The notes: generated by a model not told the origin, from the sequence alone. A DNA stretch of 64,000 nt from an uncultured Clostridia bacterium (GCA_947630015.1 CANRFY010000008.1:5976-69975), one strand, 5' to 3'; numbered from the stretch's first letter, positions 19,714 to 29,459 are shown. A program made the numbers and translations.

Positions 19714-20331
19714 ATGATAAAATTAGAAAGAACGAACGTGATGAATTTGGAGGGCGCGATGCGCGGCGCGCGCAATCCGATGAACAGCTGGGCGCGTTCA
19801 GACAGCTATTATAATGAAAACGGCGAATACGTCCTCGGCGAAAACGATCTCGATCTCGCCGTCAGGCTCCGCCGCGCCGGCTCCGATCACCGCAAATTCA
19901 TCAGGCAGATATTCGTCTCCGTCGACATAACGGCGCCGCTTTACTGGTGGAAGGAATTCGACACGTACAAGGTCGGCACCGTCGCAAATTCGACCTCGAC
20001 GATGCATAAGATACATTCAAAGCCGTTCTCGCGCGCCGATTTTTCGTGCGATAAATGCTCGCCCGACGCGCTTTCTGCGCTCGACGCGCTGATCGAATAC
20101 ATGGAAAAGGCGCGTCTGCGCTACGTCGAAACTAAAAATAAATGCGACTGGTACGATATGATCCAGCTTCTGCCGTCGTCGTATAATCAGATGCGCACTG
20201 TGACGATGAATTATGAAAATCTCGTCAACATCTATTTCGCGCGCAAGGATCACAAGCTCGACGAATGGCACGTTTTCTGCGATTGGATCAAAACGCTTCC
20301 CTACGCGCAAAAGATCATAATCGCGGAATGA
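19714..20331 (+). CDS. ThyX-like (Thy1 fold) protein
   Basis: H.KF.R.I.V...ITAPLYWW.EFD, LLP.SY...RTV..NY..L, R..H...EW resemble the ThyX scaffold. Confidence 0.6.
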   Translation: MIKLERTNVMNLEGAMRGARNPMNSWARSDSYYNENGEYVLGENDLDLAVRLRRAGSDHRKFIRQIFVSVDITAPLYWWKEFDTYKVGTVANSTSTMHKIHSKPFSRADFSCDKCSPDALSALDALIEYMEKARLRYVETKNKCDWYDMIQLLPSSYNQMRTVTMNYENLVNIYFARKDHKLDEWHVFCDWIKTLPYAQKIIIAE

Positions 20332-20355
20332 TCGGGACTTCATTATATTATAAGC

Positions 20356-20402
20356 AAAAGCGGCGCGGAGTGACAGACTGTCACCCCGCGCCGCGCTTTT
20401 TA
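20356..20402. terminator. Bidirectional terminator
   Basis: AAAAGCGGCGCGG.GTGACAG..TGTCAC.CCGCGCCGCGCTTTT between convergent genes. Confidence 0.7.
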
Positions 20403-20412
20403 ATTCTATTTT

Positions 20413-20844
20413 TTATTTATGAAACGCCGCGTCCCACAATTTGCGCGCGATCCTGATCACAAACGCGCATATCATCGCGCCGACGCTCGCCGCCGCCTCC
20501 GCGCCGAATACGGTCACGATCACCGATGATATCAAGTATGCGGCGGCTCCGACGCCGGCGCCGGGCGCGAACGAGCTTTCCGACACCGTATATATGATCT
20601 CGGCCGCGATAAATCCGACAAGCGCCATAATGAACGGCATGAAGACGAGTATCGGGCGCTCGATCGTCAGCCACATTACGGTCTGCAATAAAAGCGCGTA
20701 TACGAATATGAAAACGGGCATATTGACGGCTCCGCCCGATATGACGTCGACGATCAGCATTGCCGCCGTCGGGACGACGGTGAACAGCGCGAATATAATT
20801 AAAGCGGACAGCCTCGGCCGTCTGTCGGTGAAGTCGTTGATCAT
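20413..20844 (-). CDS. Hypothetical membrane protein (about 4 TM)
   Basis: Hydrophobic ORF filling the gap between neighbours. Confidence 0.65.
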   Translation of the reverse strand: MINDFTDRRPRLSALIIFALFTVVPTAAMLIVDVISGGAVNMPVFIFVYALLLQTVMWLTIERPILVFMPFIMALVGFIAAEIIYTVSESSFAPGAGVGAAAYLISSVIVTVFGAEAAASVGAMICAFVIRIARKLWDAAFHK

Positions 20845-21151
20845 TTTCCGTTTGCTCTGAACAGTTTATTTACCGCCCTACATTTTATCACACAAAGCCG
20901 TCATATGTCAACAAAATTCGGCCCCGCGTCCGTTTTCGCAAAAATAGAGCCGTTTTGTCTCGATTCGGAACCGTTCGAGCGCTATGCGCACGGAACTTCC
21001 TTTGCCGCATTTTTTCGCGTTCAACTTTTGTAAAATCGAACAAATCCCCGCGGGAATGTTTGTGGAAATTTTTGGCATCGAGATTCTTGCTATTTATGGA
21101 AGAATATGGTATCATAATTGCACAGTCAAAGCAAAGGACGGAGATAACGAA

Positions 21152-21928
21152 ATGGAACAGAATAAAAAAATATTGATAGCGGACGAAAACGGGGATTCGA
21201 GGAAGAGATGCCGCGACGCGCTCGTCCGCGCGGGATACAGGACGGTCGAGGAGGCCTACAACGGCGAGGACGCTCTGATGAAGATAAACCGCATCCACCC
21301 CGACGTCGTGATCGCGGACATATGGCTTTCAAAGCTCGACGGGATAGGACTTTTGCGCAGCTGCCGCACGATGAATTTCGGGCAGGACAAATGTCCCGTA
21401 TTCATCATCATATCGCTCGTATCGAATCAGAATATACTGCTCGACGCCATGAACGCGGGCGCGTCGCTGTGTCTTCTCAAGCCGCTCGATTACGGCAGTC
21501 TCGTCAATCATATAGAATCGCTGACCTCGTCGCGGCCGGACAGCGCCGCGCGCGGCGAGACGGCTGGCGCGCCCGACATCGAGACGCAGGTGACGAAGAT
21601 CATCCATCAGATCGGCGTTCCGGCGCACATCAAGGGATATCAGTATCTGCGCACCGCGATCCTCATGACGATCGCCGACAGCGACATAATAAATTCCGTG
21701 ACGAAGGTCCTGTACCCGTCGGTGGCGAAAAAATATTCGACGACGACGTCGCGCGTCGAACGCGCGATCCGCCACGCGATCGAGGTCGCATGGGATCGCG
21801 GCGACGTCGATACGCTCAATTCTTATTTCGGCTATACGATCCAAAACTCGCGCGGCAAACCGACAAATTCCGAATTCATCGCCATGATCGCCGACAACCT
21901 GCGACTCAAGTATAAAATGTATAATTGA
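21152..21928 (+). CDS. spo0A: Sporulation master regulator Spo0A
   Basis: Receiver domain plus [44 protein letters not shown]. Confidence 0.98.
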   Translation: MEQNKKILIADENGDSRKRCRDALVRAGYRTVEEAYNGEDALMKINRIHPDVVIADIWLSKLDGIGLLRSCRTMNFGQDKCPVFIIISLVSNQNILLDAMNAGASLCLLKPLDYGSLVNHIESLTSSRPDSAARGETAGAPDIETQVTKIIHQIGVPAHIKGYQYLRTAILMTIADSDIINSVTKVLYPSVAKKYSTTTSRVERAIRHAIEVAWDRGDVDTLNSYFGYTIQNSRGKPTNSEFIAMIADNLRLKYKMYN

Positions 21929-21932
21929 TATA

Positions 21933-22190
21933 TTCGGGGCGCTGCCCCGCACCCCGCTTAAGGAACTTCTTATAAGAAGTTCCTTAAGAATCTTCAAGAA
22001 TTTTTATTACAGGGGTTATGGGGAAAGTGTGTTTGCCACTGCGCTGCGCGTTCGTGCGTGAACGAAGTAGTCGCGCAAGCGCGAACACCGCCTCGCGGGG
22101 CTTCGCCCCGCACCCTGACTTAAGGAACTTCTTATAAGAAGTTCCTTAAGAATCTTCAAGAATTTTTATTACAGGACAAGTGTGTCAGGC
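21933..22190 (+). repeat. Repeat family copy 4 (A-B-A)
   Basis: Two perfect CTTAAGGAACTTCTTATAAGAAGTTCCTTAAG palindromes separated by module B. Confidence 0.92.
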
Positions 22191-22352
22191 TTTGTCAACA
22201 GTCACGGGCGCGGTCTTTACGGCCGCGCCTTTTTCGCGCGTTTTGCGGATATTGCCGACATGATATAAAATATTAGTCTTGACTTTGACCCGATTATACA
22301 ATATAATCTAATATGTGACATACGTCAGAATAAAGACGAAAGGCGGCTCCGC

Positions 22353-23093
22353 ATGGCGTTTAAGGAAGTTTTCAAGCGCGTCGAGAAGAAATACATCATC
22401 AATGAAGCGCAGTTCGCGGCGCTTGCGCCCGACGTCGCCGAATATATGTGCGGCGACTCATACGGCGAAAGCACGATATACAACATCTATTTCGACACGC
22501 CGTCGCACACACTGATACGTTCGTCGATCGACAAGCCCGTTTACAAGGAAAAGCTGCGTCTGCGCTGCTACGGCACGCCGACGGACGATTCGACGGCGTT
22601 CATTGAGATCAAGAAGAAGTACAAAGGCGTCGTTTACAAGCGGCGCATCAGTCTCCCCTACCGCGAGGCGATGGATTTTACGTGCAGCGGCAAAATTCCG
22701 CCGTCGCGGAGCGACTCGCAGATCGCGCATGAGATCGCGTGGCTTTTGTCGTTCTACAATGGGATCGCGCCTGCGATGATCCTCTCCTACGACAGGATCG
22801 CGTTCTTCGGCAAGGACGATCCGAATCTGCGCATCACGTTTGACAAGAATATCCTGTTCCGCGACTACGATCTCGATCTGTCGCTCGGCGCATACGGCCG
22901 CGAGGTACTTCCCGTCGGCACGCGTCTCATGGAGATAAAAATCCCCGACGCCATGCCCGTATGGCTGGCGCAGAGACTAAGCGAGCAGTCGATCTTCCCG
23001 ACGTCGTTCAGCAAATACGGCTCGGCATACATAGACATCATGAACAAAACGGGAGATTCCGAATCAGAAAAAGAGGAGATAACAAATGCTTAA
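22353..23093 (+). CDS. VTC/CYTH (polyphosphate polymerase-like) domain protein
   Basis: R.EKKY, YFDT, KLRLR.Y, EIKKK, RITFD, FSKY. Confidence 0.9.
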   Translation: MAFKEVFKRVEKKYIINEAQFAALAPDVAEYMCGDSYGESTIYNIYFDTPSHTLIRSSIDKPVYKEKLRLRCYGTPTDDSTAFIEIKKKYKGVVYKRRISLPYREAMDFTCSGKIPPSRSDSQIAHEIAWLLSFYNGIAPAMILSYDRIAFFGKDDPNLRITFDKNILFRDYDLDLSLGAYGREVLPVGTRLMEIKIPDAMPVWLAQRLSEQSIFPTSFSKYGSAYIDIMNKTGDSESEKEEITNA

Positions 23094-23772
23094 TCAAACA
23101 TTTTCAACAATGATCGAACTCGGCGAGATCACCGTAGGCAAATTCCTTTTGTGTTCCGTCGTATCGCTTCTGCTCGGCTTCGCCGTCGCGTCGGTCTCGG
23201 CGTTCATCGGCAAGAAATCGCGCAGCGTATCCGTATCGCTGACGCTCATCCCGTTCATCGTTCAGGTCATAATAATGATCGTCAACGGCAACATCGGCGT
23301 CGGTCTCGGCGTCGCCGGCGCGTTCTCCCTGATCCGCTACCGTTCAAATCCCGGCACGGCATCCGACATTCTCGTTCTCTTCATCGCCATGACGATAGGC
23401 ATCACGATGGGCGTCGGCTTCATCTGGCTCTCCGTAATTTTCACCGTGATCGCGCTGATCGCGTATGTGCTGATCTCGATGTCAGGACTCGGCGGCGGCA
23501 GGCACGGCGAAAAGGAACTGAAGATCACGATCCCCGAGGGGCTGAACTATCCGCATCTGTTTGACGACATATTCAAGAAATTCACAAGATCATGCCGTCT
23601 TGTGCGCGTCCGCACGACGAACATGGGAAGTATGTACCAGCTCACATATCTCGTCGTCATGTCGAACGACGACGAGGAAAAGGAAATGATCGACGAGATA
23701 CGCTGCCGCAACGGCAATCTCGACATAGTCTGCGGAATGGTTCCCGACGAGGGAGAGAGCGCAAGGCTGTAA
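23086..23772 (+). CDS. DUF4956 membrane protein
   Basis: NGNIG.GLGVAGAFSLIRYRS.PG; VTC synteny. Confidence 0.88.
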   Translation: MLNQTFSTMIELGEITVGKFLLCSVVSLLLGFAVASVSAFIGKKSRSVSVSLTLIPFIVQVIIMIVNGNIGVGLGVAGAFSLIRYRSNPGTASDILVLFIAMTIGITMGVGFIWLSVIFTVIALIAYVLISMSGLGGGRHGEKELKITIPEGLNYPHLFDDIFKKFTRSCRLVRVRTTNMGSMYQLTYLVVMSNDDEEKEMIDEIRCRNGNLDIVCGMVPDEGESARL

Positions 23773-23775
23773 AGC

Positions 23776-24681
23776 ATGAAGCGCGTCATATTGCCGATCG
23801 TTTTCATCGCCGTCTCGCTCGCGCTCGTCGGCGGTCTGCTCGTGCTTATCGACGGTTTGACGTATGTGCCTGAAAACGACTACATATTCGACACGCTGCG
23901 GTTTGACGCCGACGGCGTATCCGAGATTTTGGCCGACACAGAGGCGTCGTTTCTGACGATATACAAATTGAATTCAGGCGAATCGTTCGCCGTCGACATA
24001 GTCGCGCCGGATAAGGACGCATACTCCGTCGGCTGCGAGGACGGCGTTCTCTGCGTATCGGAGAAGAACAAATCATGGATCGAGGCCATACGGCGGGCCG
24101 ACAGCGGCAGATACGGCGTCAGCATCGGCGTGCCTGACGGCGCGCATATAATTCTCGATCTCAAATGCGGCGACGGCAGCGTCGACGTCGACAATATCGA
24201 TGCGGAATCCGTCGCGATAACGACAGACGGCGGCTCTGTCAGCATAGGCGGGATCAAATCGGCGAAAGATGCATCGATCGTCACCGAAAGCGGCAAGATC
24301 GAGATATTGTCGGTCTCGGCGTCCGGCATCAGCGCCGAGACGGCGTCGGGTTCGATTTCGGCGAACGGCGTCAGTGCCGGCGATATATCGCTCCGCGCTC
24401 ATAACGGTTCGATCCGCGTCGACGGCGTCGTATGCGGATCGTTCGACGCGGCCTCCGACGTCGGAGGCATCGAATTTTCCGGCGTCGAATCCGGCTCGAT
24501 CACGTTGACGGTCGGCGAGGGCGACATAAACGGGACCCTCATCGGCGCGCGCGGCGATTATACGATCGACGCGTCGGCAGACGACGGCGAATGCACGCTC
24601 AATAACGGCGGCAGCGGCGCCCCGTTTACTGCGAATGTCGGCGTCGGCAGCATCCGTGTATTCTTTGAAAAGCAAAATTAA
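23776..24681 (+). CDS. DUF4097-type beta-strand repeat protein with N-terminal anchor
   Basis: Repeated (T/S)..G.I.I..V units. Confidence 0.75.
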   Translation: MKRVILPIVFIAVSLALVGGLLVLIDGLTYVPENDYIFDTLRFDADGVSEILADTEASFLTIYKLNSGESFAVDIVAPDKDAYSVGCEDGVLCVSEKNKSWIEAIRRADSGRYGVSIGVPDGAHIILDLKCGDGSVDVDNIDAESVAITTDGGSVSIGGIKSAKDASIVTESGKIEILSVSASGISAETASGSISANGVSAGDISLRAHNGSIRVDGVVCGSFDAASDVGGIEFSGVESGSITLTVGEGDINGTLIGARGDYTIDASADDGECTLNNGGSGAPFTANVGVGSIRVFFEKQN

Positions 24682-24690
24682 GTTGAATTT

Positions 24691-24913
24691 TCTGGGCGCT
24701 GCCTCTCGGGGCGCTGCCCCGAACCCCGCTAAGGGAAACTTTTGTAGAAAGTCGAACTTTCCGCAAGCGGAAAGTTAGCAGATGCTTCGCATCTGCCCCC
24801 GCTAAGAATCCATTCAAAACTTTCCTGACAAGAAGAGGTATAGGGCAAGTGTGTTCATCTCTGCATCGCGCGTTTGTGCAAGGGCGAAGCAGCCGTGCGG
24901 GGTGCGAACACCG
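24691..24913 (+). repeat. Repeat family copy 5 (chimeric A plus B)
   Basis: Partial duplicate GGGCGCTGCC, a broken CTAAGGGAAACTTTT arm, the two hairpins seen in copy 2, then module B (GCAG variant). Confidence 0.9.
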
Positions 24914-24936
24914 ATGGCTGTAAATTTTCTGCAATC

Positions 24937-24971
24937 AAAAACGGGAACGGCAAAGCCGTTCCCGTTTTTTT
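24937..24971. terminator. Bidirectional terminator
   Basis: AAAAACGGGAACGGC-aaa-GCCGTTCCCGTTTTT. Confidence 0.85.
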
Positions 24972-25374
24972 ATTCATTCCGCCATTTCGACGGCGTACTA
25001 TCGCAGATGCTCTCCCACTGACAGCCGCCGCAGACGCGCCGTCTGCTGCCGCCCTCGATAATGCGCTCCTCGACGCGCGACGTAAATTCGGAAAATGTCA
25101 GCCTATCCCCTGCGGAAAAGCCGCATATTTCAAGCGCCGCGCGGTCGTAGGCGTCCGATTTTTCCCGATCGGCGCAGACGCCGCCCATGCATTTCGGGCA
25201 GGCGGCGCAGATCACGTCCGCCCCGTCAGTCAGCACGATTTCCGAATCGCGTTTGAGCGAATCGATCACGCGTGCCATATTCGCCTCGAATCCGCCGCCG
25301 TAGCCGTATCCGACGAAATACGCCATGCACAGCCCGTGATGCGGGCGGAGCAGCGTCGGCATATCAGCGCACAT
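24970..25374 (-). CDS. DUF1284 Cys-rich protein
   Basis: LRPHHGLC...F.G.GY...F, D.IC..CP, C..C.W...C. Confidence 0.85.
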   Translation of the reverse strand: MCADMPTLLRPHHGLCMAYFVGYGYGGGFEANMARVIDSLKRDSEIVLTDGADVICAACPKCMGGVCADREKSDAYDRAALEICGFSAGDRLTFSEFTSRVEERIIEGGSRRRVCGGCQWESICDSTPSKWRNE

Positions 25375-25909
25375 ACCGGCGAAGGCGCATCGAAAGCTCG
25401 AGCGCAAGCGCTGCCTTTACGGCGTCTGGGATCAGATACGGCAGAACGCACGTCATAAACGCGCCCCAAAAGCTGATCTCGCCGCCCGTGCGCGTATAGA
25501 CGGCGACGAACCATACGGTGCCAAAGATATAGCAAACTATCATCCCTGCCGCCATGCCGAAAGCGAGCTGCATCCGTCCGTTTCCCCACACGCGCTCGAT
25601 CCCCCACATGATGAGCGCCGTCAGCAGAAATCCGAGTATATATCCGCCCGTGCTGCCGAGCAGCACGCCGACGCCGCCGGTGAAGCCGGCGAGTACGGGC
25701 GCTCCCACAGCGGCGAGCAGTATGTACACAAGCACCGTTATCGTGCCGCGATGGCCGCCGAGTATCCCGACGGCGAGCATCACCGCGAACGTCTGGAGCG
25801 TGAACGGCACCGGCGTCGGCACCGATATCCACGAGCATACGGCGAGCAGCGCCGCGAACACGCCTATATAAGTTATATCCTTTGCGGAATATCCCGCCTT
25901 TGTCGTCAT
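25364..25909 (-). CDS. bioY: Biotin ECF S-component BioY
   Basis: VPFTLQTF, G.PV.AG, TGGYI.GF, D.VK. Confidence 0.93.
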   Translation of the reverse strand: MTTKAGYSAKDITYIGVFAALLAVCSWISVPTPVPFTLQTFAVMLAVGILGGHRGTITVLVYILLAAVGAPVLAGFTGGVGVLLGSTGGYILGFLLTALIMWGIERVWGNGRMQLAFGMAAGMIVCYIFGTVWFVAVYTRTGGEISFWGAFMTCVLPYLIPDAVKAALALELSMRLRRYVR

Positions 25910-25989
25910 GTTTTTTCCCCCCCGAAAGTTCGGTCGTAAACGGCTTATATTTTATCACATCAAAAAGCGATTGTCAATAAAACGAGAAT

Positions 25990-27189
25990 TCACTTCATTT
26001 TGCGGCAGATGGAGGCGCATACTATCAGTATGATCGGGAATACGGCGGCCGCGCACATACCGTATGTGAAGCTGTCGCCGAACGCGCCCGAAACGGCGCC
26101 GACGAGCGTCGGTCCGCCCGCGCATCCGAGATCGCCTGCGAGCGCGAGCAGCGCGAACATCGTTGTGCCGCCGCCCTTGCATTTCACGTTCGCGATGCTG
26201 AATATGCCCGGCCACAAAATTCCGACCGACAGTCCGCAAAGCGCGCATCCCAGAAGCGCCACGATCGGGATCGGCGAGAACGCCGCGATCAAGTACGACG
26301 CCGCGCAAAGAAATCCGCATCCTATTATACACGGCAGAAGCTCGTATTTTTCGCCGGCCTTCGCGTACCATGTGCGCGCCGCGCCCTGAAGCGCCGCAAA
26401 CATACACGGTCCCACGAAATCTCCGACCGCTTTAGTCACACCGAGTCCGCGTTCCGCGAACGTCGACGCCCACTGTATCATCCCATGCTCGGACGCGCCG
26501 GCCATTATCATCAATATGACGAACAGCCAGAACGCGCGGCGCGAAAAAAGCTCGGATATCGGGATGCTGCCGCCCTCGACCTCGTCGAGGGTCAATATCG
26601 GCACGCGCGTGAAGAATATCGCCGTCGCGATCGGCAGTATCGCCCATGCCGCCGCCACGATGCGCCAGCATCCGACGCCGAACGCGGCGAACACGCACGT
26701 CGATACGAATATGACGAGTACGGTCCCCCAGCAGTAGAACGAATGGAGCATACTCATCGCCGACGATTTATTCTTCGTCGGCGTCGCCTCGACGACGGGG
26801 CTTATCAGCGCCTCGAGCATTCCGCCTCCGGCGGCGTAGAACACGACGGAGACGAGCAGTCCCGCATACGGATCGAATACGAACGGAAAGACCGCGAGGC
26901 CGCCGACGCCGATCGCGGACGAGATGTGCGCAATCACAATCGAGGCGCGGACGCCGATCAGATTCGGCAGCTTCGCCGACACGATGTCGGCGATCAGCTG
27001 CACCGTAAAATTCAGCGTTACGAGCAGCGTTATCCTCGACAGCGGTATGCCGAGCTGATCGTGGAACGCCACGAACAAGAGCGGCGCGAAATTGTTCCCC
27101 ACCGCCTGCGTTATATATCCGAGATAGCACGCGCAGCGCGTGAGCCTGTAATCCGGCGCCTTGGCCGTATTTTGACTTGTGTCCGTCAT
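25990..27189 (-). CDS. MFS transporter
   Basis: About 12 TMs; LHSFYCWG, ALAGDLGC. Confidence 0.88.
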   Translation of the reverse strand: MTDTSQNTAKAPDYRLTRCACYLGYITQAVGNNFAPLLFVAFHDQLGIPLSRITLLVTLNFTVQLIADIVSAKLPNLIGVRASIVIAHISSAIGVGGLAVFPFVFDPYAGLLVSVVFYAAGGGMLEALISPVVEATPTKNKSSAMSMLHSFYCWGTVLVIFVSTCVFAAFGVGCWRIVAAAWAILPIATAIFFTRVPILTLDEVEGGSIPISELFSRRAFWLFVILMIMAGASEHGMIQWASTFAERGLGVTKAVGDFVGPCMFAALQGAARTWYAKAGEKYELLPCIIGCGFLCAASYLIAAFSPIPIVALLGCALCGLSVGILWPGIFSIANVKCKGGGTTMFALLALAGDLGCAGGPTLVGAVSGAFGDSFTYGMCAAAVFPIILIVCASICRKMK

Positions 27190-27298
27190 AGATGTCTCCG
27201 AAATTTTTATTCCACAGTATTGTATATAATCCGCGAAAGAATTGCAAGCATAAATTACCGATATGCGAAAAATTTTTTGAAAATTTTGAAATTTGATA

Positions 27299-27350
27299 TT
27301 GACTTTCTTTGACGTTCGTGATATACTTCAGATAGTCAAGGATAGTCAAA
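27299..27350 (+). promoter_or_regulatory. CtsR operator boxes overlapping a SigA promoter
   Basis: AGTCAAG-GAT-AGTCAAA heptad repeat (27334-27350) and reverse TTGACTTTCTTTGAC; TTGACT...TATACT. Confidence 0.85.
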
Positions 27351-27383
27351 GACAAATTCGACCGTGAAAGGACCGTGAATATC

Positions 27384-27836
27384 ATGACGATATCCGATTA
27401 TATAGCTTCCATAATCGAAGAAATGCTCGAGGAGGGCGGCGGCGAGGCCGAAATGAAGCGCGCCGATCTTGCAAGCAAGGTAGGATGCGTGCCGAGTCAG
27501 ATCAATTACGTCATTACTTCGAGATTCACGCCGGAGCGCGGCTACATCATCGAGAGCCGGCGCGGCGGCGGCGGCTACATCAGGATCGTGCGGAAGAAGA
27601 TGACGCCGACGGAAAATCTGATGCATTTCTTTCAGGCGACCGGCGACTCGATCACGCGCGACGAGGCGTTCGCGTTCATATCGAATCTGCTCGGCTCCGG
27701 CATAATAACGGAGCGCGAGGCGCAGATAATCGGCACCGCCGTATCGGACCGCGCGCTCGGCGCGCTCGCTCCGCTCGAAAGAAACAGACTGCGGGCCGAC
27801 GTGCTTCGCCACATTATCTTATCGCTCATAAAATAA
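27384..27836 (+). CDS. ctsR: Class III stress repressor
   Basis: CVPSQINYVI.SRF..E.GY.IESRRGGGGYIRI. Confidence 0.97.
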   Translation: MTISDYIASIIEEMLEEGGGEAEMKRADLASKVGCVPSQINYVITSRFTPERGYIIESRRGGGGYIRIVRKKMTPTENLMHFFQATGDSITRDEAFAFISNLLGSGIITEREAQIIGTAVSDRALGALAPLERNRLRADVLRHIILSLIK

Positions 27837-27865
27837 AATAGATAATAACGAAAAGGAGATAAATC

Positions 27866-28387
27866 ATGCTTTGCGAAAAATGCGGAAAGAATGAAGCGAC
27901 GATCCGTTACAGCGAGATCGTCAACGGAAAGAAGACCGAGATGGCGCTTTGCGGAGAATGCGCCGCGGCAATGGGACTCGGCACGGACGGCGGCTTCGGT
28001 CTCGGCGATCTGTTCGGCGCGGGGACGCTGTTTTCAAACATCTTCGGCGCGATTCCGGACGCGCGTCCGCAGTACGGCGCGTCTCATATCGAGAAGCGCT
28101 GCCCCGTCTGCGGCGCGTCGATGTCCGAGATCGCAAAGCGAGGCAAGGTCGGATGCGCGGAGTGCTACCGCACGTTCAAATCGGAGCTTGCCCCGTCGAT
28201 ACGGCGGATACACGGCGACGTGAAGTATGTCGGCGACGCGCCCGCCAAAAGCGAGGCCGAAAATCAACTGCTTGAAAAAAAGCAGAAGCTCGAATCGCTC
28301 AGGCGCGAGCTGCGTGAAGCGATCGAAAAAGAGGATTTCGAGCGCGCGGCCGAGATCCGCGACAACATCAGAAAGATCGATTCGTGA
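27866..28387 (+). CDS. mcsA: McsA activator of McsB
   Basis: Four CxxC motifs and a C-terminal UVR domain. Confidence 0.93.
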   Translation: MLCEKCGKNEATIRYSEIVNGKKTEMALCGECAAAMGLGTDGGFGLGDLFGAGTLFSNIFGAIPDARPQYGASHIEKRCPVCGASMSEIAKRGKVGCAECYRTFKSELAPSIRRIHGDVKYVGDAPAKSEAENQLLEKKQKLESLRRELREAIEKEDFERAAEIRDNIRKIDS

Positions 28388-28404
28388 AGGGAGGACAATG
28401 TCTT

Positions 28405-29439
28405 ATGTCATGGTATGCAGAAACCGGAAATAAGTGCGACGTCGTTTTATCGTCGCGCGTGCGGCTCGCACGCAGCATAGAGGGATTCCCGATGGGAGAG
28501 CGGCTGTCCGACGAGCAGGCGCGGGAGCTGTGCGACAGAGCCGGCGACGCGCTGCGCGGATTCGACAGGATCGATTTTGACAAGCTCGATCCCGTGACTG
28601 CCGCCGCATACGCTGAAGAACATCTCGTCAGCGCGGAGTTCGCGTCGTCAAAATCGCCGCGCGCGCTCTATAAGAGCGACGCCGAGGGCGATTACATCAT
28701 GGTATGCGAGGAGGATCACTTCCGCATACAGAGCATCACGCGCGGATATTCCGTATCCGACGCATACGAGCGCGCAAAGCGCGCCGAGGCTCCGATCGCC
28801 TCCGCCTTCCCCGTCGCGTTTGACAACGATCTCGGATATCTCACCCACTGCCCCACAAATCTCGGAACCGCGATGCGCGCCTCCGTCATGATGTTCCTTC
28901 CCGCGCTCACGAGGCGCGGATCGATCCCGTCGCTGTCGCGTCAGCTGTCGCGGCTCGGCTTGACGGTGCGCGGTATGTACGGCGAAGGCTCAGAGGCCGT
29001 GTGCTGCATTTATCAGATATCGAATCAGGTCACGCTCGGGATCAGCGAGGAGGAGACCGTATCAAAGCTGTGCGAGGCGGTCGATTTCATAATCGATCAG
29101 GAGCGCAAATGCAGGCTCGACACCGTATCGCGCGATCCCGAAAGCGCGGCGGACGCCTGCGCGCGCGCATACGGCACGCTGACGCACGCGCGGATGATCT
29201 CGTGCCGCGAATTCATGGAAAAATTCGTCGACGTCAGGCTCGCCGCGTCGCTGCGCGGCAGCCTTGACGCCGGTATCCCCGAATCCGTCACGCTCGAATC
29301 GCTCGACACGTCGCTGATCGAATGTCAGCCCGCCGTGCTGACACTGCTTTCCGGCGGCGGCGAGATGACTCCGCGCGACCGCGATATAAGGCGCGCGTCG
29401 CTTCTGCGCGGCAGACTCGGCGGCGCCTCCGACAACTGA
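28405..29439 (+). CDS. mcsB: Protein arginine kinase
   Basis: SSRVRLAR, EEDH, CPTNLGT, QISNQVTLG. Confidence 0.95.
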   Translation: MSWYAETGNKCDVVLSSRVRLARSIEGFPMGERLSDEQARELCDRAGDALRGFDRIDFDKLDPVTAAAYAEEHLVSAEFASSKSPRALYKSDAEGDYIMVCEEDHFRIQSITRGYSVSDAYERAKRAEAPIASAFPVAFDNDLGYLTHCPTNLGTAMRASVMMFLPALTRRGSIPSLSRQLSRLGLTVRGMYGEGSEAVCCIYQISNQVTLGISEEETVSKLCEAVDFIIDQERKCRLDTVSRDPESAADACARAYGTLTHARMISCREFMEKFVDVRLAASLRGSLDAGIPESVTLESLDTSLIECQPAVLTLLSGGGEMTPRDRDIRRASLLRGRLGGASDN

Positions 29440-29459
29440 AATGAAAGGAAGTATTGATT

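Noticed and set aside
20984-21151. N-terminal extensions in the ORF track (spo0A, VUT from 16990, GH43 from 15269, holA from 42821, DUF2079 from 59406)
   Set aside because: Downstream starts have RBSs and match family N-termini; the extensions run through promoters, the riboswitch, repeats or upstream genes.
22274-22291. TTGACTTTGACC as a CtsR box
   Set aside because: Half-sites are 6 bp apart rather than about 10; it is explained as the -35 of a TTGACT/TATAAT promoter.
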